A DNA stretch of 64,000 nt from a virus. Below the pieces are notes generated by a model. The model saw nothing but the letters and a program-made list of their open reading frames with translations, did not search any database and had not been told where the DNA came from. Location of the stretch: positions 32,001-96,000 of IMG/VR virus record IMGVR_UViG_3300046786_000331; one strand, 5' to 3'. The translations under genes were made by a program, and so were the position numbers. Of this stretch, positions 29,507 through 37,069 are shown one piece after another. Each line of letters starts with the position of its first letter. Position 1 is the first letter of the stretch.

Positions 29507-29537
29507 ACTAACACTTAGAAACTTTAGAAAGTCTAAA

Positions 29538-29732
29538 ATGCAAACACATCGAGTTTATGTTGAAGTTGGTTACTATGCAGGTGGAGGTACCGATGGTGCT
29601 TTCATTACTGAAAGTCTTAATCAATTTGAAACAACTGTAAATGCAAATACTTCAGGTGACGCTGTTCGTATTGCACAAGCACAGTTCGGTGGACAAACAC
29701 GTTGTCGCGTAACATATCGCGGCACAATTTAA
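29538..29732 (+). CDS. hypothetical protein
   Basis: ORF after internal promoter. Confidence 0.6.
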   Translation: MQTHRVYVEVGYYAGGGTDGAFITESLNQFETTVNANTSGDAVRIAQAQFGGQTRCRVTYRGTI

Positions 29733-29734
29733 TT

Positions 29735-29810
29735 GCTTCGTTAGCTCAATTGGGAGAGCGCGACACTGTCACTGTCGAGGTAAGGGGATCGAAACCCCTA
29801 CGAGGCGCCA
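29735..29810 (+). tRNA. tRNA-Asp(GTC)
   Basis: cloverleaf, CCA. Confidence 0.92.
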
Positions 29811-29815
29811 AACAT

Positions 29816-29892
29816 GGGTCGTTAGTTCCAATTGGCAGAACGTTGGTCTCCAAAACCAAATGTTGGGCGTTCGAATCGCTCACGGCCCGCCA
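29816..29892 (+). tRNA. tRNA-Trp(CCA), U11-A24 D stem
   Basis: cloverleaf, loop CTCCAAA. Confidence 0.92.
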
Positions 29893-29898
29893 ACTTAT

Positions 29899-29973
29899 GC
29901 ACGGTTCGTCTATCGGTCAGGACATTAGGTTTTCATCCTAAGAAGAGGGGTTCGATTCCCCTACCGTGTTCCA
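29899..29973 (+). tRNA. tRNA-Glu(TTC)
   Basis: cloverleaf, CCA. Confidence 0.9.
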
Positions 29974-29978
29974 GTTAT

Positions 29979-30056
29979 GCACAGGTGGCAGAGTGGCCCA
30001 ATGCAACGGATTGCAAATCCGTAAAGCCGTGAGTTCGAATCTCACCCTGTGCTCCA
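29979..30056 (+). tRNA. tRNA-Cys(GCA)
   Basis: cloverleaf, U73, CCA. Confidence 0.92.
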
Positions 30057-30057
30057 A

Positions 30058-30155
30058 GTTAGATCTGGCAGGGGTAAACCTACATAGTATGGTTGACGGG
30101 ATGGAAGGTCCCTTAGCGAACTACACGCACCACACGCCCTGCGGAATGTAGTAAC
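30058..30155 (+). ncRNA. multi-hairpin RNA with C-AUA-G triloop
   Basis: GCAGGG/CCCTGC closing stem; AACCTAC-ATA-GTATGGTT. Confidence 0.4.
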
Positions 30156-30162
30156 AATTTAT

Positions 30163-30239
30163 ACCCCAGTGACGCAACTGGTAGACGTGCTTCTCTCAAA
30201 AGGAAGATGCTGAAGGTTCAAATCCTTCCTGGGGTACCA
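30163..30239 (+). tRNA. tRNA-Leu(CAA), short variable loop
   Basis: loop CTCAAAA, 5-nt V loop, CCA. Confidence 0.85.
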
Positions 30240-30244
30240 ATAAT

Positions 30245-30336
30245 GGAAAGTAATGCAGCTGGGATGGTCCGGCGACTAGCCTTGAAAACTAGGTTCTCAG
30301 AAATGGGATGGGGTTCGACTCCTCTGCTTTCCGCCA
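30245..30336 (+). tRNA. tRNA-Ser(TGA)
   Basis: long V arm, G73, CCA. Confidence 0.9.
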
Positions 30337-30340
30337 AATT

Positions 30341-30415
30341 TGCCGTGTAGCTCAGAGGAAGAGCACTCGCTTGATAAGCGATAGGTCGACATTTCGAAAT
30401 TGTCCATGGCAACCA
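30341..30415 (+). tRNA. tRNA-Ile(GAT)
   Basis: cloverleaf, CCA. Confidence 0.88.
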
Positions 30416-30419
30416 AGTT

Positions 30420-30633
30420 TTGTTAAAGTGTCAGCAAGAGAATGTCACGCTATAAAGGTTTCTTCGAAGGACTGATATAGTTAAAGGGGACGGGTTCAAC
30501 TCCCGGCTGCTCGGAAGAGCGGTGCAGATTGGTTGCTAACTGGACTAGTATCCCAAGTGACGTACCGAGTCCTAGCCGGCTTTATATACATAGGTGAATG
30601 GTTGCTATAACGATGGGGCAACATCTTTAACAA
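30420..30633 (+). ncRNA. ~210-nt structured RNA
   Basis: TTGTTAAAG/CTTTAACAA closing stem, internal T-arm-like GGGTTCAACTCCC. Confidence 0.45.
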
Positions 30634-30642
30634 ATTTAATTT

Positions 30643-30715
30643 CTGGGTGTAGGATAATGGTAGTCGACGAAGCTTGGATCTTCGAGGCGCAGGTTCGATT
30701 CCTGCCACCCAGACC
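30643..30715 (+). tRNA. tRNA-Pro(TGG)
   Basis: cloverleaf, CCA. Confidence 0.88.
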
Positions 30716-30919
30716 ATTTATGTCATAGTGTAATGAGAATGCACGGGATCGCCATTATAAAATCCTTCGGGTGATGGAACAAGGTTCAGGTACGGTAAGA
30801 ACCCGTAACGACAAAATTTTCTGCAGAAAGAACAGAGACACGGTGGTCCTAAAGGTGTGGGGACTATAAAAGCCGACAAACGTCTGGGGTACAACTCCAT
30901 ACGCACCGACAAATTCTAT

Positions 30920-30998
30920 TCCGTGAAATCCAAGCATGGTGCAAGGACCTGACTGTTAATCAGTGATTAGGTGAGTTCGATCCTCACACACGGAGCCA
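30920..30998 (+). tRNA. tRNA-Asn(GTT)
   Basis: loop CTGTTAA, G73, CCA. Confidence 0.85.
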
Positions 30999-31093
30999 TT
31001 AATAAAGCTCATCAGAACTTCTGTGGGCATCCGCTTCCTCACATAGTGCAGGAGGCGCAACGGTTCGATTCCGCTGATGTGTTTTATTAATGG
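30996..31093 (+). ncRNA. long-stem element E3
   Basis: 20-nt inverted arms, CAC-ATA-GTG hairpin, T-arm CGGTTCGATTCCG. Confidence 0.6.
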
Positions 31094-31166
31094 GGGGAGC
31101 CGAGGGCGGCGGCGTTGCTTTGCAAGCATCGTGACTACAAGGGTTCGATACCCTGGTCCTCCACCA
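31093..31166 (+). tRNA. atypical tRNA-Ala(TGC), 4-nt D loop
   Basis: G3-U70, loop TTTGCAA, CCA. Confidence 0.7.
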
Positions 31167-31171
31167 AGAAT

Positions 31172-31248
31172 GTCTGGGTCTGACATGGTGTTTCTGAAGA
31201 GGTTGATCACTCTGAGGAGAATGTGGTTCGATACCACGCCCGGCGCCA
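31172..31248 (+). ncRNA. tRNA-like RNA with extended anticodon arm
   Basis: T arm GTGG-TTCGATA-CCAC, CCA end, arm with tandem GA/GA. Confidence 0.55.
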
Positions 31249-31250
31249 AC

Positions 31251-31394
31251 TTTCGAAGATAGACGTACTGCTTGAGTCCCAAGTAACTGGCGCTACGAGC
31301 GCATTGGTTTGACAGTGAAGTATGGTTTGTTTAAACTCGCGGCTACGAGACAATCCAGTGAGTCCTCCCAGGAGGATAGTTGGGCACTTCGAAA
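31251..31394 (+). ncRNA. ~145-nt structured RNA
   Basis: TTTCGAAG/CTTCGAAA closing stem, nested helices. Confidence 0.45.
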
Positions 31395-31402
31395 ACCTAT
31401 AT

Positions 31403-31477
31403 ACTCCGGTAGTTTACTGGCTAGAACGCTGCCCTTTCAAGGCGGAGAAGAGGGATCGATACCCTTTCGGAGTACCA
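31403..31477 (+). tRNA. tRNA-Glu(TTC), second copy
   Basis: cloverleaf, CCA. Confidence 0.88.
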
Positions 31478-31503
31478 CAATTTTTAGTTCAAAGGAGAAC
31501 GAT

Positions 31504-31524
31504 ATGAAACGTGCTAAACGTTAG
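31504..31524 (+). other. minigene MKRAKR* with strong SD and downstream hairpin
   Basis: AAGGAG-N6-ATG; hairpin 31524-31563. Confidence 0.5.
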
Positions 31525-31590
31525 TGTCGCTTCTAGATCCCCCGTATGGTCTAGTTGTGACACGTTAATAAACAATTAATACGAACACAA

Positions 31591-31664
31591 CCTTCGCAAA
31601 CATTAAGGTGATGTAACTGGCTCTTAACCAGTAAAACTAGGATCGTTACCTAGGCGGAGGACCA
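31591..31664 (+). tRNA. tRNA-Lys(CTT)
   Basis: loop CTCTTAA; atypical T loop; CCA. Confidence 0.82.
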
Positions 31665-31667
31665 TAT

Positions 31668-31741
31668 GGGGGTGAAACTTTAAGGTGAAGTAACTGGCTT
31701 TTAACCAGTAAAACTCGGATCGTTCCCGAGCACCCCTACCA
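31668..31741 (+). tRNA. tRNA-Lys(TTT)
   Basis: loop CTTTTAA; atypical T loop; CCA. Confidence 0.82.
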
Positions 31742-31830
31742 TATGCAAACACATTCGAAGACCTATACATAGTATTAGGAAACGGATAGGCACGCCGGAG
31801 GACCTGGGCCTGAGTGTGTTTACATATGGT
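31738..31830 (+). ncRNA. long-stem element E4
   Basis: ACCATATGCAAACACATTC/GAGTGTGTTTACATATGGT; TAC-ATA-GTA hairpin. Confidence 0.6.
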
Positions 31831-31879
31831 TAATGTTATCTGCAGGTAACATCCATATTGGGGCGTAATTAACCTCAAG

Positions 31880-31950
31880 AACTCGTAGTCGTCTAATGGT
31901 AGGATACGTGCGTAGCGTGATGGTTGTTCGAATCGACCCTACAATGAGTT
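31880..31950 (+). pseudogene. degenerate tRNA-like element
   Basis: D and T arms recognisable, shrunken anticodon arm, no CCA. Confidence 0.45.
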
Positions 31951-32036
31951 TGCAACAAACAAGTCGGCATGTGTGTCCACCGTGCATTAACCGACGATAA
32001 ACAAAGCTAGGGCAAGCGCCAGTTAACGGTGGAGCT

Positions 32037-32161
32037 CATATAAAAACACACTAGTGCATTATAGTGAATCAGGTCGCTCCTGTGGAAGCTATCCATGTAT
32101 CAATTGCCCTGGTGGGAAAGGTCGACGAGTGCGGTTCGATTCCGTAGTGTGTTTTTATATG
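32037..32161 (+). ncRNA. long-stem element E5
   Basis: perfect 17-bp CATATAAAAACACACTA/TAGTGTGTTTTTATATG; T arm adjacent to 3' arm. Confidence 0.65.
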
Positions 32162-32235
32162 GTGATGTAGTTCAGTGGTAGAACACCTCCTTCATACGGA
32201 GACTGTCGGCGGTTCAAGTCCGTCCATCACTACCA
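32161..32235 (+). tRNA. tRNA-Met(CAT) elongator (Ile2 not excluded)
   Basis: cloverleaf, CCA. Confidence 0.85.
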
Positions 32236-32242
32236 GATTTGT

Positions 32243-32316
32243 TGGTCTATGGTGTAATGGTAACACAACAGACTTTGACTCTGTCGTTCCAGGTTCGAGC
32301 CCTGGTAGGCCTGCCA
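32243..32316 (+). tRNA. tRNA-Gln(TTG)
   Basis: cloverleaf, CCA. Confidence 0.92.
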
Positions 32317-32325
32317 ACAAACAAT

Positions 32326-32417
32326 GCCAGCGAGACTTGGTAGTCAGAGAGTCCTTATAAGACTTTTAGCGCCAGATTAGCGTTCTTGAGTGGGTTCGAT
32401 TCCCACCGCTGGTACCA
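32326..32417 (+). tRNA. atypical tRNA with TAT anticodon (Ile AUA), long variable region
   Basis: loop CTTATAA, 4-nt D loop, T arm, CCA. Confidence 0.7.
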
Positions 32418-32421
32418 ATAT

Positions 32422-32496
32422 CGGTCCTTAGTTCAATGGATAGAATGCCATGCTTCGAACTTGGAGATGTGGGTTCGATTCCTGCAGGACCGGCCA
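32422..32496 (+). tRNA. tRNA-Arg(TCG)
   Basis: cloverleaf, CCA. Confidence 0.9.
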
Positions 32497-32503
32497 AAGA
32501 TAT

Positions 32504-32578
32504 GCGCCCGTCGTATAGTGGAGAATACACGATCCTACGAAGTTCGGAACGGTGGTTCGATTCCATCCGGGCGCACCA
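32504..32578 (+). tRNA. tRNA-Arg(ACG)
   Basis: cloverleaf, CCA. Confidence 0.92.
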
Positions 32579-32583
32579 ACAAT

Positions 32584-32657
32584 GTTGTTCCTAGTGTAGT
32601 GGCTGCACACCTGTCTGTGAAACAGGTAGAGAGGGTTCGATTCCCCGGTTCAACCCA
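32584..32657 (+). tRNA. tRNA-His(GTG)
   Basis: G-1/C73, two acceptor mismatches, CCA. Confidence 0.82.
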
Positions 32658-32667
32658 AGGAAATATT

Positions 32668-33087
32668 ATGGAACAAATGAAAACATACAATACACTAAAA
32701 GGTTCCGTGAAAACATTCGAAGAACTCTTAGGCCGTACATTGTACAAAGTAACAGCAGATGGCGAAGAATTAACTTTGTATCTATCCGAAACAAACTATG
32801 TAAGATTTTATCACAGCCAAGACTGTTGCGAACATGTGTATATCGAAGATATCTGCGGTGACTTACAAGACTTAGTCGGAGCACCCCTGTTAATAGCAGA
32901 AGAAGTATCAGACGAGTTATACGAAGCAGAACATACACCAGATTATTCCGAATCATACACATGGACATTCTATAAGTTTGCTACCCGAAAAGGATATGTA
33001 GACGTTCGGTGGTTTGGTAGTTCAAATGGTTATTATTCTGAAAGTGTAAGTGTTGATTTTGTTGACACCACCTTAGAAGAAGATTAG
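32668..33087 (+). CDS. conserved phage hypothetical protein
   Basis: HSQDCCEHVYIEDI...TWTFYKFAT...SNGYYSE; SD AAGGA. Confidence 0.85.
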   Translation: MEQMKTYNTLKGSVKTFEELLGRTLYKVTADGEELTLYLSETNYVRFYHSQDCCEHVYIEDICGDLQDLVGAPLLIAEEVSDELYEAEHTPDYSESYTWTFYKFATRKGYVDVRWFGSSNGYYSESVSVDFVDTTLEED

Positions 33088-33161
33088 GATGATTATTTCA
33101 GTGGTAGAATAACTCCTCGACACGGAGTAGGTCGCAAGTTCGAACCTTGCATCATCCACCA
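33087..33161 (+). tRNA. tRNA-Val(GAC), C33
   Basis: loop TCGACAC, CCA. Confidence 0.82.
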
Positions 33162-33162
33162 T

Positions 33163-33254
33163 ATATGTAAACACACTAGTAAAAGAACGAACATAGTATC
33201 TTAGGGCCTAGCCTGCGGCATTGTCGGATGACGGTGGCTAGTGTGTTTTCATAT
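33163..33254 (+). ncRNA. long-stem element E6
   Basis: ATATGTAAACACACTAG/CTAGTGTGTTTTCATAT. Confidence 0.6.
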
Positions 33255-33256
33255 GT

Positions 33257-33332
33257 GCCGCGGTAGCTCATCAGGTAGAGCAGCAGACTGAAAATCTGTG
33301 TGTGGCTGGTTCGAGTCCAGCTCGTGGCACCA
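33257..33332 (+). tRNA. tRNA-Phe(GAA)
   Basis: cloverleaf, CCA. Confidence 0.93.
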
Positions 33333-33335
33333 TAT

Positions 33336-33419
33336 GCGACTGTGGTGTAATTGGTAGCCACAGCAGACTTAAAATCTGCCGCCTTGTGCGTACCGGTTCG
33401 AGTCCGGTCAGTCGCACCA
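33336..33419 (+). tRNA. tRNA-Leu(TAA)
   Basis: long V arm, CCA. Confidence 0.93.
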
Positions 33420-33450
33420 AATATATTTTCACATTGTTAACCAAAATATG

Positions 33451-33522
33451 TTGACAGGTGATAAATTAGAACATATACTATATAGATGCTGTTAACAAAA
33501 CAGTGTAAATGTTCTTTAAAAA
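33451..33522 (+). promoter_or_regulatory. sigma70 promoter followed by boxA-like site
   Basis: TTGACA-N17-TATACT; TGTTCTTTAAAA at ~33510. Confidence 0.7.
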
Positions 33523-33539
33523 TTCGTAAAGGTATTTTT

Positions 33540-33623
33540 GCCCCGGTGGTGTAATGGTAGCCACGCTGGTCTTAGAAGCCAGTGGAGAGATCCGTGTCGG
33601 TTCGAGTCCGACCTGGGGCACCA
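33540..33623 (+). tRNA. tRNA-Leu(TAG)
   Basis: long V arm, CCA. Confidence 0.93.
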
Positions 33624-33727
33624 TATCAAAGTACATAAATGCGTAGGCCACGCAGATGTAGCGGATTACAGCTTTGCCCTGTGCAGAGTAGACAGGTTCA
33701 ATTCCTGTGAATGTACTTTGATATGGT
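33620..33727 (+). ncRNA. long-stem element E7 (cloverleaf-like interior)
   Basis: perfect 17-bp stem; three hairpins plus T arm ACAGG-TTCAATT-CCTGT. Confidence 0.65.
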
Positions 33728-33740
33728 TTAAAAAATTAAA

Positions 33741-34627
33741 GGGTAGTTTATTATCCTGTAGTGTATGGTTCGCCCAGCATTACGAAGAATAAGTGAGGTG
33801 ACTCACCCAAAGCTAGAATGCCTACATACTAGCGCCAGCAATGGTTCATGTAAACAAGCCTGCTCACTGTCGCGAGGCAGCGTTCACTGATAAGACCGGT
33901 GGATGTAACAGCAAAGCTGATGTATGGGGAAGAATGTGTATCGACTGGCCCGCAAGGGAACCAGGGTGCATGAAAAGTAACAGGTGGTGCTGACTTCCAT
34001 ACAAAACCAATCAGTCAGTTGGTATGAGAAAGGGTAGTGTATTGGTTCGAAGGGTCGCACCTAAGAGCTCGTATGCAATGTAAATGGTTAGTGGGTTGTA
34101 GCAATACAGCACATCGATCGTGAAACATCACTGAGTAGCTCGCGAGGCAAAAGGTATGTGGTGAGTTGTATTTCGTATTCCAAAAGATTATGAAGCAACT
34201 GAGGCAGCTCATCGCGGTAGGTTCAATGTAGATCAATGGTAGATCGTCTGTCTTTTAAACAGAATGCTGTGGGTTCAAATCCCATCATTAACAAAAATGC
34301 AAAGACTGCCTCGGTTATGTGTGAAAAGTATCTAATACTTGACACGCAAGTGAATCAAGTCTAATGAAGCTCGCAAGGTAACATTAGTTTATACTGGAAG
34401 TTTCGTAAGTGGTTAGCGCCGCTGAATAGCTCGCAAGGTTAACGGGATAGATGGTGTAGAATAGCACATAACGACAAGCCTACTGCCTGGCTTTAAAAAC
34501 GGCGATGCTGTAAGCAGACTAGGATACCGCAAGGGTCTTAGTGGATGTCTAGAGAACGTATGCTCGCAAGGTGTACGGTAATGCTAGAGGTGCTTATGGC
34601 TTAAGGTGTAATCTCAACCTTAGGCAC
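33741..34627 (+). ncRNA. probable GOLLD-type large ncRNA with embedded tRNA-Lys-like element
   Basis: ~890 nt with no credible ORF, many GCAA/GNRA hairpins, within phage tRNA array. Confidence 0.6.
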
Positions 34628-34728
34628 TATTATAAAACACATTGGGTTGTTGGTCTTACTTCGATAGTAAGGACAGCGGTGACTGAAGTACAAGGTCGAT
34701 ACGTTGCTACAGTGTGTTTCATAATAGT
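34626..34728 (+). ncRNA. long-stem element E8
   Basis: ACTATTATAAAACACATTG/CAGTGTGTTTCATAATAGT. Confidence 0.6.
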
Positions 34729-34732
34729 TTGT

Positions 34733-34807
34733 GCCTGGATAGCTCAGGGGGAGAGCGTCTGCTTTACACGCAGAGGGTCCGCGGTTCGAAACCGTGTCCA
34801 GGTACCA
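34733..34807 (+). tRNA. tRNA-Val(TAC)
   Basis: cloverleaf, CCA. Confidence 0.93.
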
Positions 34808-34813
34808 AATATT

Positions 34814-34901
34814 GGAGCATTGGCCGACCGGTTAAGGCAACAGATTGCTAATCTGTCATTCAGCAATGGGTGAGTAGGTTCGATTCCTACATGCTCCGCC
34901 A
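34814..34901 (+). tRNA. tRNA-Ser(GCT)
   Basis: long V arm, CCA. Confidence 0.93.
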
Positions 34902-34923
34902 GATACAAAAAGGAAAACTAAAA

Positions 34924-35109
34924 ATGATGAAACCAGGCAAAACATTTAAACTCAGCAAGCCTACTAAAACTATGCTTGCATTAGGCGGCTTCCGCAATCA
35001 GGAAGATCGTAATCGTTGGAAACGTGCAATGATTGATGCAGAACTTTGCAGTGCTGTACAGCCAAAGCGTGAAAAGCGTCCAAGCGGTCCACAAGGAAAT
35101 ACCCAGTAA
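34924..35109 (+). CDS. small basic hypothetical protein
   Basis: SD AAGGA; MMKPGKTFKLSK. Confidence 0.7.
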   Translation: MMKPGKTFKLSKPTKTMLALGGFRNQEDRNRWKRAMIDAELCSAVQPKREKRPSGPQGNTQ

Positions 35110-35369
35110 TGGTAGCCCGTAACGATATTACCGGCGATGTTATCCAAACAAAGGGTGCATCTTCTTCTTATCGTGATAACTACGATAACATTTTTAGGAA
35201 AGATAAAATGCAAGTTAGAGTACAAGAAAACGAGTCAGAAATTGGCAAGTGTGGTTGTGGTCGCAGTCCAACTGGAAAATGTATCGGGTGGCATGGTCTA
35301 ACCGAAGCCGACTTTCAATCTAAGTTAGCCAACTTTATGGCTGAAGAACAATTGAAAGAAGATAAGTAA
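35109..35369 (+). CDS. small protein with CDGSH-like Fe-S motif
   Basis: CGCGRSPTGKCIGWH. Confidence 0.6.
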   Translation: MVARNDITGDVIQTKGASSSYRDNYDNIFRKDKMQVRVQENESEIGKCGCGRSPTGKCIGWHGLTEADFQSKLANFMAEEQLKEDK

Positions 35370-35375
35370 AACACT

Positions 35376-35451
35376 GGGGGTATAGCTCATCTGGTAGAGC
35401 AGGTGCTTTGCAAGCATCAGGTGGCAGGTTCGAGTCCTGTTGCCTCCACCA
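35376..35451 (+). tRNA. tRNA-Ala(TGC)
   Basis: canonical, G3-U70, CCA. Confidence 0.94.
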
Positions 35452-35503
35452 AGCACTCTCCATGACACACGGAGTATAATGTGATAAGTTGTGTGTTAAC
35501 TTT

Positions 35504-35577
35504 GCCCTTATAGTTAAATGGTATAACGACGGTTTTGTAATCCGTAATTTGCAGTTCGATTCTGTGTAGGGGCACCA
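35504..35577 (+). tRNA. tRNA-Thr(TGT)
   Basis: cloverleaf, CCA. Confidence 0.92.
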
Positions 35578-35586
35578 AAGAATTAT

Positions 35587-35662
35587 TCCCTAGTAGCTCA
35601 GCGGTAGAAGCACCTGACTGTTAATCAGGGTGTCGGTGGTTCGATCCCACCCTGGGGAGCCA
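35587..35662 (+). tRNA. tRNA-Asn(GTT), second copy
   Basis: cloverleaf, CCA. Confidence 0.93.
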
Positions 35663-35694
35663 GTTTTGCTAGTTTCTTAAAACTAGCCAGTGAA

Positions 35695-35898
35695 GTGAAA
35701 GGTAGATGAGGATAGACAAAACCATTTGGCTTCATGCTAAATGAACAATACTCCAGACACCCTTGAAAAGTGTTCGTGTTGTTGTGCTCCGGCCCTAAAG
35801 ATTTTGTTATTTGATTTCCGGAAATATAATGGCCTCTGTGGATTGCTTTTTGAACATTGTAATTTGCACATTGTCCGGTCTATTACTTGACCTTTCAT
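35695..35898 (+). ncRNA. ~200-nt structured non-coding element
   Basis: TGAAAGGT...ATAGAC pairs with GTCTAT...ACCTTTCA. Confidence 0.4.
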
Positions 35899-35942
35899 GG
35901 ATCTGTTGTTATAATAGTTTATACAAACACAAAGGACATAAC

Positions 35943-36188
35943 GTGGCTAGATATACATCAGAAGCAGCAGTAGAAGCAATTGGAAACAGATTTAACCTAG
36001 TGCTAGCCGCTAGTCAACGAACCCGTGAACTTAAACGAGGTCATGCACAACTTGTAGACGGTAAAGACGCAAGTTTTAACGTTACAGCTTTGCGTGAAAT
36101 CGAAGCAGGCAAATATACAATGAAAGACTACTTGGATTCGATTCCAAGAAAACAAAAAGGACGTAGAAATGAATTTGACATTACGTAA
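35943..36188 (+). CDS. rpoZ: RNA polymerase omega subunit-like
   Basis: MARYTSEAAVEAIGNRFNLVLAASQRTREL...VTALREIEAG; SD AAGGA; TTGACC-17-TATAAT upstream. Confidence 0.88.
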   Translation: MARYTSEAAVEAIGNRFNLVLAASQRTRELKRGHAQLVDGKDASFNVTALREIEAGKYTMKDYLDSIPRKQKGRRNEFDIT

Positions 36189-36744
36189 GGCAAACGCTAT
36201 CCAGAATAGCATCAACGAGGCAATCAAAGGCATCGAGATTAAGACAACTGTAGAACTAAACGAGTTCCAAGCAGTTGAGGCAGAGTTGCAAAAAGCAAAC
36301 ACAACATTGTTTGCAAATGACGCTCGCCGTCAAAAGCTGTTGTTGGCTTTGTATAACATTCGCGGGCTAGTTGGCACTGCGAACGCTAGTGCAGGTATTG
36401 ACCTGAGCCTAGCAAAGGCAGCGTTTATTGATAAACGCATTGCACAGCTCGACGAGCTAGCAAAGGCAGAAGTTATCACTGATCTTGCAGTGATTACGGG
36501 TAAGCTAGACAAGATTAAAAATGACAAGAGTGAAACTGCTCGTAGTCGTATCTACGGATACAATGACACAGTTTCAACTAGTGTTGTAAGTGCTGAGCAA
36601 TCAGCATCGATTAAGAATGAGATTAAAAATCTCAAGAAGCAAAAACAAAAACTCAATGACGAAGTTCTTGAGTTAAACATCAAGACAGAGATTCCTTTGT
36701 CAGATGATGTAGTGGCAACACTAACAGCTGAAGGCTTAATCTAA
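36169..36744 (+). CDS. conserved coiled-coil hypothetical protein
   Basis: helical, strongly biased codons. Confidence 0.8.
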   Translation: MNLTLRKANAIQNSINEAIKGIEIKTTVELNEFQAVEAELQKANTTLFANDARRQKLLLALYNIRGLVGTANASAGIDLSLAKAAFIDKRIAQLDELAKAEVITDLAVITGKLDKIKNDKSETARSRIYGYNDTVSTSVVSAEQSASIKNEIKNLKKQKQKLNDEVLELNIKTEIPLSDDVVATLTAEGLI

Positions 36745-36940
36745 CAGACCCCGGGTTCCGAGCAACCGTTATTGCTCGGGGTTATTGAATAGACCAAACT
36801 ATTCACTGTGCGTAGGATCTACAGCAAGGCCTGTTCGGCGACTTGAGAATATCCTAGGTAGACGAATAGTCCAACCAAAAGGGACAACGTGGACGGAGTA
36901 AACGCCCAGTTTAGGGCTCCTGTGGTGGGAGTGGCTAAAC

Positions 36941-37058
36941 ACTTTATTAGAATACATTAGGAGTTTGTCTGGAATCCAGTATCAAGCAATTGATATCCAG
37001 AACGGAGTAACGTGGGCAAGATGGATTTTGCTACGCCGACAGTGTATTCTAATAAAGT
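36941..37058 (+). ncRNA. long-stem element E9
   Basis: ACTTTATTAGAATACAT/GTGTATTCTAATAAAGT. Confidence 0.55.
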
Positions 37059-37069
37059 TAAATAGTTGT

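Noticed and set aside
29702-34873. ORF-track ORFs overlapping tRNAs and ncRNAs (e.g. 29702-29941, 30956-31282, the 32386 extension, 34571-34873)
   Set aside because: They are translations of RNA genes with no RBS or protein-like composition.
29254-37058. CRISPR array or MITE interpretation of the long-stem elements
   Set aside because: Arms are inverted and diverge with compensatory changes, spacing is irregular, and there are no direct repeats, target-site duplications, cas or transposase genes.
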